This document shows, piece after piece, positions 37,901 through 49,900 of a DNA stretch of 64,000 nt. This DNA comes from Amoebophrya sp. A120. Its lineage: Eukaryota > Protista > Dinoflagellata. The translations under genes were made by a program, and so were the position numbers. The notes under the pieces are model-generated. The model did no database searches. It had not been told where the DNA came from and was given only the letters and a program-made list of their open reading frames with translations. Location of the stretch: the NCBI GenBank assembly GCA_905178155.1, contig CAJINV010000003.1, forward strand, positions 5,418,251 to 5,482,250, read 5' to 3'. Positions within the stretch are counted from its first letter, which is position 1. Each line of letters begins with the position of its first letter.

Positions 37901-40900
37901 TAGGTGTCCTGCCAGTGCTGGGGGGTCCACACCTCGGTGATGATATATTTGGTGGTCTCCGAGGGCTTCGTGGAAATGCGGTCGATGTTGGTACGGCGCC
38001 AGGTGCACAGACACAGGATGATGAAGTAGATCTGCACCCACAAAATGGCGGGGAAGGCGGGGAGGAACGTGAGGTAGGGGTAGGGAATTTTCTCGTACTC
38101 CGGGCAACCCTTGTGGGCGGGGGGCGGAAAATTTTGGTATTCGTTGCTGTAGCATCAAATGCAAAAATGTCTGGGTCTGGAAGTTTCTAAACTTGTGATG
38201 CTGTCTCTAGATTCTAAAAAAATTTGCATTGAATGACCGGCAACATAACTCCAGTTTGTGCTACCCGGAGAGGGCATTTCTCATGCGGTAGAGGCATCAC
38301 AAAGGCCTCTAAAAATCTGTCATGCTACAGCATGCATCACAGACATCACGAGTCTTCCAAAATATGCATGACAAACCTGGCAAGCTTCCAGACCCAGACA
38401 TTTTTACATTTGATATGTAGTCCGGGGACTCGAAGCACAGGGTACCATTTTCCACGTCGCCCCCAAGCATCTCGTCGATCTGGTTTCCGTACAAGAAGTC
38501 GATCTTTCCGTCGGCCTCCCAGTCGACGCGGAGCACGTCCCACCGCTCGTACAGCGGAGCCGCACAGGCTGCGTCCTTCAGAAACCCCCGGAGGTCGCGC
38601 AAATGCGGCATGTACGACCACTTCAGCGTGCAGGGGTTCGCCCGCCGCGCCTTGTTGAACATGAAGGACATGTCCGTCATCCGGTCGAGGCCCCACTTGG
38701 ACGTATCCGGGTTCGCGTGCAGACTGTTTTCGAACATCGCCTATCAAGTGCAAATATGTCCTCTGGGTCTGAAAACTTGTGACGCATGTCAGTGAATAGA
38801 CAGCGCACTGTAATGCACCGCCAAGCATGACAGATTTTCTCGTGGCTCTGTGTTGCGTATTCCGTTTCCGCATGAGAAACATCGTTTTTGCATGACAGAC
38901 AAGAGGAGGTCTTCCGATGGCCCTACGCAATACAGAGTTTGGAGTCATGCCAAACGAGCATGAGAAATCTCGCAATCTTCCAGAGCCAGACATATTTGCA
39001 ATGCATATCGCCCGGGCTGAAACCACGTACTTCATGTACCAATTTTTCGTGCTCGGGTCGGCCCGGATGGTGTCTTTGAACATCTCATCCATGTTATCGC
39101 AAGAAAAAACTGTTTCACTGTAAACTTGTGATGCATAAAATGGAACGCAGAAGTATTTGTGGTCTTGCTACACATGCAAGAAAGTGGATTTTTAGCTGTG
39201 TTTTCCCTTAGGAAGCTTGCATGGCAAATTTTCTCTGTCATGTAGAGCGAACTTGTCATGCAAAACCTGCAAAATGATCCTACCTTACAGTGAAACAGTT
39301 TTTTCGTGGGATACATGTACACGTGGCGCATGTTGGTTGGGAAGGGCTCCGGTTGGTAATCTCCGTACATGTAAAGGCGGCACCCAAAAGAGTTCACACA
39401 CCCCAGTATCAAAAGGAAAAATCCCCCCTCCCCATATCGAAACGACGTTTCTGATGCTGGATTTCCATACACAAATCAGATTTGTCTTGCAGTAGAGGAC
39501 TGCAGGCATATGCCAAGCCTCAGTCGAGAGGTTTTGACGTAGGCGCCTAGCATGACAAACGCGCATGCTCTTAGCCCAACAGCATCACAAACCGCCTGCA
39601 AAATGCGGAACGCTTTCTGGACTTGCCTTCTTGCAAGACAGCCAGGATTTGAGGTCACAAATGCGCATCACAAATTTTCAGACGGATACGTTTTCGATAT
39701 GGGGAGGGGGGATTTTTCCTTACGATACCCAGCGGAGCCGGTTCGTCCGCGTAGCTCCACATGCGGACTATGGCGTTCTCAATTGTTACATTCTCAACTG
39801 TTACATGAATTTGTGATGCAAGAATGGCAAAAGTGATAGGGGAGATCTTGCGCGTCTTGCATGACAGATTTGGCGCCGATTATCAGCCTGTTTGGCCCTC
39901 TGAGAATTTGTCATGCGGAGCAGCTTGATGGTGTCGATTCTGAAGGCTATTTTGCATGACAAATCATGTAACAGTTGAGAATGTAACAGTTGAGAACACC
40001 ATACGGACGGAGCCGAACTTATGGATGTGTCAGGATCGAAATCGACGAAATCGAAAAACTTGTGATGTATAAAATGTAGGGCGCCGAAAGCTTGTATTGG
40101 GGAGCAGGCAAATGAGCCCGATTGTGAGCCTGTTTATGGGTATGCAATGTGCTGCCAGAGTAGCACGACAGGAGCAGTCTCCTTTGCTCAAACAGCATGA
40201 CAGGCTGTATTTGGGTGCTCTCGAAATTGGTCATGCGCCACTTGGAAACTGAGGCTCCAACTGACATCGATTTTGTGCATCGCAAACTTTTCTACTTTGT
40301 CAATTTCGATTCTGACATTTCCATAGAACTTGGTCGGCGCGTAGTCCAGGGGAATGAAAATCCCGCGAGCGTTTACTTTTTGCTCTACACTATACAGATC
40401 TCCTCCTGCATCACTAGAAGAAGCTGCATCCGTGGCGTTGCCGGCGCCGTCCTGCTGCAGCGTCCTGCCTAATAAACCTCTCGTCGCGGAGGTCGCCCGC
40501 CGGTGGTCATGGGACACAGTAAAAGAGGCTTGAGGACCGCTCGGGCCGGGTAAAAGTGTACCTCTGACGGGAAAATTGTTCAGAAATTGGATCCGGTGCT
40601 CGTGGCGTCTTTCGTCCGTTATGTTTATAAGCCAGGCTGCCCGCTCTCGCTCGAATTCCTCCATTGGTGATGGCGGTGGTGTAAAAGGTGTCTCAACGAC
40701 ATCCTGTTGCAATTGCCTCGTCCGTGCACGAGCAAGTGCTGCTCCTGAGAGGGGTATGTCCTCGTAAAGCCACTGCCACCCCCAGGTGGAGTGAGCGGTC
40801 GCGGCCTGGGCACCCTTAAACATCTGGTTCAGGTACACGGCCTCCTCCATGCGCCACCTTCCCATATTCGGGTCCGCAAGTCCCGTGGCCGCGAACATCC

Positions 40901-43900
40901 GCGTGAAGTTGAACACTTTGCGCGTGTTCCACTTCTCCGTGTCCGGATTGGCCACCTTCGCGGTGTCAAACATTTGCGAGAAGTCTGTCACCCCCGTGGT
41001 GTTCCAGAGGGTGCAGTCGGGGGCCGCACGGTCGGTGTGCATGAACATGCCGTGCATGCTCTGCAGCTTCGAGGTATATGAACTGCAAAAATATCGTACT
41101 AGTATAAATCGCATGACAAATTTCTGCAAGCAGGAAAGTGGAATTTGTAATGCTGTTTCGCCCTAGGAAAAATATTTGTCATGCATGATTGCAATTAGTA
41201 CGAGTACGATACTTTTGCAGAGCGTAAGGTATTCCACGCTGCAACGTCCGGGTTCGCGTTGGTGGCGTACGCGTATCAAATGTAAAAATGTCGGGGTCTG
41301 GAAGAGTCATGCTGTTTTTGCATGACACGCAAGGTCTGGCATGGAAGCTCTAGCATCACAGGTTTCGCGAAGCTCCCGCAATGCCTAATCCGCATGACAG
41401 ATCCCCCATTGTGGTGACAGAAAGTGGGCAGCTTCTGCTACCTGTGCATGAGAGATTTTTCTGTGTTTTGAAATGCGCATCACAAGTTTGTCTTCTTCCA
41501 GACCCAGACATTTTTGCAATGTATAACGCGAACATGCGGACCATGTCGGTGACCTGGGTCACGTTCCACCCGGAGGTGGCCGGCTCGGCCAGAGGCGCGC
41601 GCATGAACATTTTGTGCATGTTTTTCACCCTCCGTGTGTCCCACGGACCCACGTCGGGCTTCGCCAGCGAATTGTTGTAGAACATGCGATCCATGCTGGT
41701 TACCGTGGACACGTCCCAATGGTCGGTCCGCGGCGCGATGTCGCGGTTGGCAAACATGAGGTCCATGTTGGTCAGACCTACCGCTCGGAAGTTGGGCCCA
41801 ATCAACAGCACCGCTTTGCCGGCGTCCTGAATGAACCGCCGCATGGATTGCAGATTGGGTGTGGTCCAGAGCAGGATGTTGGGCTCTGCGTTTTGCGAGG
41901 CTTCGAACATAGACGCGATGGTCTGGATGCTTTGCATGTTCCACAGGGTCACGTTCGGGGTCGCTGCCACCGTGCCCTGGAACATTCCCGACATGTCCGT
42001 GGCGGCCCCGGTATTCCAATTCAAGACATCCTATCCAGTGAGAATATGTCTGGGTCTGTCTGGAAGATTGCAAGACTCGTCCTGCAGATTTTTCATGACC
42101 CACGGGGTCTGCCATGCAGGGCCTGGCACAACAGATTCATCTGTGCGATCTGTATCACTTCTATCACGCCTATCCTACATGAGACACTCCCTCTCAACTT
42201 CAACTTGGTCAAATAAAGTGGAAAGCTTTTGGGAACCATGCGTCACAGATCTTTGATGCACGATCCAGACTTAGCATGACAAGCCGCAGCGTTCCAGGCA
42301 ACTCAGACGTTGTATTTGCAGTGCATACATCCGGCGTGGCCGCAACCGTCCCGCGGAACATGTTCGCGAAGGCTCCCCCGCTGCCGGTGTTCCAGGCAGT
42401 GGTGTTTGGGTTCGCAACTACCATGTTCATGAACGCGCCGGAGAAGTCCGCCACCTTGCCCACATTCCAGTCCGCCGTGTCCAGGGTCACTTGCAGGGCA
42501 TCGGCAAACACGTTGGCAAGGCTGGTCACCTCGCCCAGATTCCAGCTGTTCAGATCGGCCAAAACCACGGTGGAAGAGTATCCTGAGTAAAAACGTACCC
42601 ACACCAGAGTTGTCATGCAAATCTGCATGCTGAAAATGTTTCTCATGCGGAGCCCCATGAGAAGCATTTTCCAATCGTGTTTTGCAATTTGTCATGCTCC
42701 AATCAGCATGGTATGCTAGATCTGTGATGCTGCTGAGCTAGCTCAAACAGCACTACACTACGAATCCAAATTTGTCATGCAAAACAGCCAAAACTTGTGG
42801 ATTTGTCTAGCCGATTCCCCAACTTGACTATGGTGTGGGTACGTTTTTACTCAGGATAAAGAGCCTTCGAACGACCCACTCATGGAAGTCACGGAGGGAA
42901 AGACCGCCACCAAGGCGGCGCCCGAACTGGTGCTCTGCAGCTCCCGCCGGGTAAACAGCCGTCTCTTCTGCCGCCCTTGTCCCGGCTTGGAAGCGAAAGA
43001 AGCGCGCGTGGAAGACGTCGGAGTAGTTGTTGTCCCGATTGTTGTCGTCCGAGTTGGTTGCGCAATTGCGGGATCTTCTTCGTCCTCCTGTCCGAAAAAG
43101 GCCGAGTACAGGTTTTCGGTCAGCGTGCTAGTCCTCGTGCTTTCTTCTCCTCCTGCCGCCTCGAGGAATGTGCCCCTCCCCTCGCTGCTCTCGTGCCTAC
43201 CGCTCAACCACGGCAGCTTTATGACTGGATCTTGTGGATGCCAATTTCTTGGTCGCTCCCGCCAAGCATCCGCAAACTCCTCTCGTAAGTGCTTGCGTTC
43301 TTGTAGCGCTCTCAACATCACGGGTGACTCGGGTCGTGGAGATGTTGACGTTGTACTAGCTAGGGTGCTTGGTGGCGCGGAAGACATCGTAGTTGATGAA
43401 GTTGTGTAGCTCGCCGCACTATCCCTGGTGGTAGCAGCTGCTGTACTACTGCTGGGGACATCGGCTTGTTGACCAATATCACCTGCCGGACTACTAGATG
43501 TTGAGCCGTCAAGCAAATTTCGACGGCGCGGCATTCCCGGCGGGAGGGTTGTTGTAAATGTGCGCACACCGTTCTCGTAAAGCACGGACTCGTCAAAAGT
43601 TACCGTGCGCTCGATGCAGAGTCTCTTGAAAAGAAAGCAGTAGTACTCCACCCCGTGCGTGTGCAACGGCGATACCGTGATGTCGGTAAAGTCCAGGCTC
43701 TGCAGGTTGTCCAGCTCCGCAAAAGCCCCCTCGAAAGAGACCCAGCCGATCTCCCCGATGGCGATTATTTTCGTCAGGGCTTGCTTGAACGCCAAGTACG
43801 CCGGGTCCGGCGGGGTAGCAGCTTCTGTGTCCTCTTCTTGCACTCGGCGCGCGCGAGCATTGTCAACGAGCATTCCCACATCTTCACTCGTGGTCCTGCT

Positions 43901-46900
43901 GCTAGCTGCGGCTGTAGTGGACTCCTTTCCGGAGGTTCCAAGCAGTCGAGTCCGTCGGCTGTCCCGCAACAACTTGCGTCTCTCATAGGGATACTCGACC
44001 TGCTCGAGCCGGCGAATCTCGCGGCGCGCACTATAACCTGCTCAAGTGTTACAATCTCAACGAGCTGGTGTCGCAATGGAAACGGAGATGGATCGTGGTC
44101 CTGAAGTAGAAGTTGCGCGATCTAGATTTGCATCGGCAACAGCATAGTACGAGTACCAACACCAAGGGCACTACATAAACTTGCATTACATAAAGTAAGA
44201 TGCGCATGACAAGTGCTGGAGTTGTCGGAACAAAGCGCGGACGACACACCCTTCGTTCTTTTACTAGTTCGTCGTTCATGCAAGATGACGAACAAGACTG
44301 TTGTTCAGCTTGATTTTATTGGAGCAGCTGTGGTTTTTGCGGGATCTGAGCGGGTCATACGCGCGCGCGTTCGTGACTGCCGGAACTGTAGTGGTGGCTC
44401 GGTCGGCAAGAGGAACTGCGTCCAAAGGGTCCGGCGTCAAGGTTTGCCACTGCGCGAAGTATGAACTGCAAAAGTATCGCACTCGTATAAATGCATTACA
44501 AATTTCCTCAGCGTCAGCATGAGAAAAAAAATTTGTAATGCGAATTTAGCTTAAGAACAAGATTTGTAATGCATGGTCGCAATACGAGTACGATACTTTT
44601 GCACAGGATACGAAGGATGCACCTACGATGACCACAGGGTACGAGCCCGCCGCGTTGTAGGTGAAAGCCACGTCTGCCAATGCCGTGCCGGTGGTAATCA
44701 GCATGGACCCCCCGGTGTCGTCCCCCCAGTACACCATCGCATCGTAGTGGGTGTCCCGAATCAGGGGGATCCGCACCCGCGTGTTCGCCGCACCGATTTG
44801 CAGATCGAACCGCGTGGGCTCGTCGCAGCCGAAGGGGATAACCCACCCACGCCCGGGCACGCTCCCCTGGCAGAGCTTCGGCTGGTAGTGCGCGGCGGCG
44901 TTGTGGATGGCGGTTCGGATGGCCGGCGCCGTGGGTTTCATGGTTTCCGGCGTGGCGCACACCGCATTTTTGAACATGTCCGTCACGTCCGCGTCGGGGC
45001 GGAAAAGCCAGCGGTTGATGCAGGGGTTCGCGTGGTCGGTCTGGGCAAACATCTCCACGAACGTGGTCACCTCCCGAACGTCCCAAAACACCACGCTCCA
45101 GGGTGCGAGCTTGGTGTTCGCGAACATGCGCTTCATGTTCCGCACCTTCGCGGTGTCCCACCGCGAGACCTCGGGGCTGCGGATCACGCCGGTCACGGAG
45201 TCGAACATGCTTTCCATGTTCGTAATCTGCGAGACGTCCCAGGTGTAGAAAAAGTCTTCCGCGGGGTCCTCCGCGAAGTCCAGCAGCGCCCCGTACCGGT
45301 GCCCCTGGGTTTCCAGCGCCGGCACAGTCTTCAACTCGGCCGCGTGGAACATAAACTGCAGGTCGTCCACGTTGGGCAGGTAGGCCCGGAACGTTGCCAG
45401 CGCCGGAATGGACAAGAGCCCGTCGCAGTACTGGAACATATCAAAAGGAAAAATCCCCCCTCCCCATATCGAAAACGAAATTTGTGATGCTGTATAATAC
45501 AGCATTACAGGTCGATTTGTGTACTCGAATACAGTATTCGAGTACACAAATCGACCTGTAATGCTAGAAGGCCAAGAGACGCAGCTTTGGCCTCGTTTGC
45601 AGGCAATTTGTCATGCTGTTTCCCACTTCCAGCTGCCCCCTTTCATTCTGAAGATGCAAGGCTTTCCCAGCACGCCAACCAGCACTACAGTCCGCATCTC
45701 TTCCCTTCTAGCATGACAAAGCTGATTTGTAACCACGAATCTGCATCACAAATTTCTAGCTTGAGTATGGGGTGGGGGGATTTTTCATTTTGATAGAACA
45801 AAAACGCAAACAACAGGTGTCCGTAGATGCCCAACGACCACAGATGGCGCCAGGCCTTCTTGAAGTTGCGCACCTTCTCGTAGTCCGCGTGCGCGCTGTC
45901 ATACAGCGTCCACCGGTCGATCTTCCCCCGCACCACCAGGTGGTACCACCCGACCTGGGTGTAGGTGTGCTCGGAGAGCGCCGTCGGGTGCGGTGCGGAG
46001 GCGGCGGTCCACACGCTGTCCGGCAGGGAGAACGCGGGCGCCATCTCGTCGTCCCAGTAGATTGTGTAGGCATGCTATCGTGTGAAAAATAAAGTGCTTC
46101 ACTGTAAAGGATTTTGCAAGTTTTGCATCACAAGTTTGTCCTGCATCACAGAGAAAATCCGCCAACGTGCGAGATTCCTAAGGGAAAAGACAGCTAAAAA
46201 GCCATTGTCTTGCATGTGTAGCAAGACAAATACTTCTCAGATACATCTTCGGCATTACAAGTTTACAGTGAATGTGAAACAGTTTTTTCTTGCGATACAT
46301 GCTGTGCCGTCGCGGACGTGTCGATCGGGAGCTTCACGGTGGTGGGCGCGGCGGTGATCTCCAGCGTGACCCGGAACGCGTCGTCGCTCGGGCAATCGGG
46401 GTCGGGTGCGTACTGCGGCAGCATCTGCGAGTTGTCGGGGTCGGCCTGCCCGAACACGTAGTCCAGGTTGTGGATGTTGTACGTGGGAGGCATCCGGCCG
46501 CTGTCCGGGCCGAAGTGCGGCGCTTGGCACACCGACACCTGCGGGTTCGCGCCCGCTTGCGTGGCGAAGTTGCCCAGCGCGGACTGCGTGGTGCCGTCCT
46601 TGGAGCTGCCGGCCAGGAACAGCCCCATGTTCTTCGACCAGTCGGTGGAATCCGACAAGCCCGCCACGGAGACGGCGGTATCAAGTGTAAAAATGTCTGG
46701 GTCGGGAAGGATGTAATTTGTGATGCGCATTTTAGAACACACAAAAATCTCTGATGCACAGGCAGCAAGAGCTGCTCACTTTTTGTCACCAAAATGGGGC
46801 ATTTGTCATGCGGATTCGGCACTGCGGAAGCTTCTCGAAACCTGTGATGCTAGAGCGTCCATGTCAGACTTTCTGTTTCATGCAGAAACAGCATGACTCT

Positions 46901-49900
46901 TCCAGACCCAGACATTTTTACATTTGATAGGCGGCGGGCGCGAACCACGGCGCGAGGTTCGGGGTCGCGCAGTAGGCGTTCTGGAAGAGGTTCTGCATCT
47001 GCTGCAGGCTGCTCACCTGCCACCGGTAGGTGCAGGGCCGGGCGTTGTACGCATTCAGGAACATCCCGGAGATGTCGGTGACCTGGCGCAGGTCCCAATC
47101 GTGCACCTTGGGGTTCGCCGCGTACGCATCCTGGAACATGTTTTTCAAAGATCGCGTCTTGGACGTCTTCCAAATAGAGGTGTCCGGATTGGCCTTGGAC
47201 GCGAAAGCGAACATCTATTACGATGAAAAATGTATGCCCCCACCCCCGAACTTCTTGGGAGCGTTTGCATTGCAAACCTTTCCAAGTGAAACGCCCGTCC
47301 TTTTGCATCTATCAGCATCACAGATTTCCAATTGTGAATACGAATAGCAAAAGTTTGCATTGCAAAAGATCCTAGCAAGAGCGGCGCTTGTCATGCAAGT
47401 GATGCGATACAGATACACGCCTAGACTCTGCATCAGAAAGATTCATACTCCTTCCATGCATGACAAAAAGTTTTCATTTGGAAACTTCGCATCACAAATT
47501 ATTGCAAATTTGGGGGTGGGGGCATTTTTCCTTGCAATAACATCTGGTCGAAGTATTTCACGTTCCCCGTCTGCCACTTAGCCACGTCCGGGTTGGCGTT
47601 AGCCGCGGCGAAAAACATCTCCCGGAAGGACGTCACCGCCGACACGTCCCAGTCGGAGATGGTGGGGTTTACCCAGGGGGCGTTCCGGAACATGGCCTCG
47701 AGCGACCGGACCTTCCCCGTGTTCCAGTTGGCCAGGGTCTGCTGCGTGGTGTTCAGACCCACGTAGGTGCCCTCGAACATCAGCTCCAGGTTGATCACGT
47801 TCGACGTGTCCCAGCTGCCCAGGCCGTACACCATCTGCAGGCTCGAGCACTTCATGAACATGCGACTCATGTCCGTGATGCCGTTGGTCTGCCACCCGCT
47901 CGCGTTCACGAGCCGCAGGTTGTCGCTGCCCACAAACATCCCGCTCAGCGACTTCACCGTGGGTTCCTTAATCACGTCGCCCAAAATCCGTGCGGTCGGC
48001 AGCTCCTCCATGGCGCGGCAGCCCAGCAGCAAATCGTCCATCAACACCGTGCCGCTCCGCCCGAGCGCGTACAGGGTGACGATCCGCTCCTTGTAGTTGG
48101 TGATGTACCGGTGCGTGTCGTTTTGCAAGTCCGTGTCTATGCACTGCAAATAAAGTATCGTCCTAGTATATGAAATTGCATAAATACAAATTTTTCCGAA
48201 CACTACAAAAGTGGAGTTTGTTTTTGGATTTGGTATAATGGGAAAGGTATTTCTTGTCATGCACGTTCGCAATTTCATCTACGAGCAAGATAAGTACTTT
48301 TGCAATTCATAGTGTCTCCGTAGTCGACATTCGCCGGAGTGTGGGTCCAGGGCGTAAGAATCCCGCGGACCACCACGGAGAACCGGCCCGTCTTGTAGTA
48401 CGTGTGCTTGAATGCGAACTTCGTCGAGGACCCGTCCGACGCCGACATCTTCGCGCCGCTCCAAACGCGGTCCTCGAGGCTGTCTGCGGGCTCGTCCGGG
48501 TCGCCCCAGTACAGCGTGAACCGGTAGTCCTTGGTGTTGTCCTGCACATCGATGGGCAAGCGGAGGGTCCAGGGCACCTGTTCGATCCGCACGTTCACGC
48601 GGAAGGGGTCGTCGTCCGGACAGGTGACGTCGAAGCCGTCCGAGTTCCACCCGAGCTTCTGGCAATTTTCCATCACCCCGGCGTTCAGCGCCCACTGGGT
48701 CACGTTCACGTTGTTGTTGGCGACAAAATCGAGCCACGGCTCCAGGTTCGGACTGGCGCACACCGCGTCCTTGATGAAGAGGGACAGGTCCGTGGTCTTC
48801 GAGAACTGCCAGTTGGTGATGCACGGCTTCGCGCCCCGCGCGTTGTGGAACAGCTCGCGCATGGTCTCGATGTTCTCCACCTTCCAGAGCCGCACGTCCG
48901 GCTCCGCATTCGCCGTGTTCTTGAACATGCGCTCCACGGTGGTGGCCTTGTGCGTACTTGGGAACCACTTCGCGACATCCGGGTTGGCTTTGGTGGCGCC
49001 CTCGAAGGTGGACAGAAACGTGCGCCCGGCCGTCGTGTCCCACTCCGTGGTCCGCGGCTCGGCTTCCGGCGCGTAGAAGTACATCTCCGAGAAGTCCGTC
49101 ACCTTGGCGACGTTCCACAGGGTCGTGTCCCACTGGCCGACGTTCGAGTAAGCGAACATGCGGCGCATGGTGGTGACCTGACCCAGAGCCCAGGCCGCCA
49201 CCCCCTGCTTCTGGTCGACGGTGACCTGCAGCCCCGCGCTGGGGCCGTTCGCGTTGACGTCGGGAACCGCCTCGTGGTAGCCCGAGGTGCGGAGACTTTG
49301 CGCGTAGAGAAAGGTCTCCTCCGTGGTGCGCACGGAGGAGGTATCCCAGGTGTCGAACCCGGTCACGTTCTCCAGCTTGAGAGCTTGGTGGAAGGTGCGG
49401 TAAAGGGAGGTGACCTGCGCGACATCCCACGTGCCCACATCCAGCGTCCGCAGCTCCCGCGCGTTGTCGAACATCTTCACCAGCGAGGTGACTCGCGGCC
49501 ACGCGTACAGAAAAGCGCGGTGGTCGGTTTTCATCTCTGTCAGTTCCGAGCTCTCTTGAAACAGCCTGGGTATCAGGTGGTGCATGGACTGTCCGAGTTG
49601 CTTCACGTCGCGCAACGACTTCTTGAAGGCGACCACCTGGTCCACGACCGCAGCGTCATCCTGCACGTCGGCCCAACCTGGGTCCAGCACTCCCCGCACG
49701 GTTACCAGGTAGCGGCCCGCCTGCCGATACGCGTGCGTGAACGCGAAGTCTCCGCGGTGACTGGTGACCACCTCTTGCAGTGTGGGGGAGTGGCCGGCCT
49801 CACCCCAGTACACGGTGAATTTGTACGTGTTGAGCGTTTCGGACACCCCGCCCGCGTTCGTCTTGGTTAGCGTGGGACTGCCGTGGAGTGGGAGCTGCAG

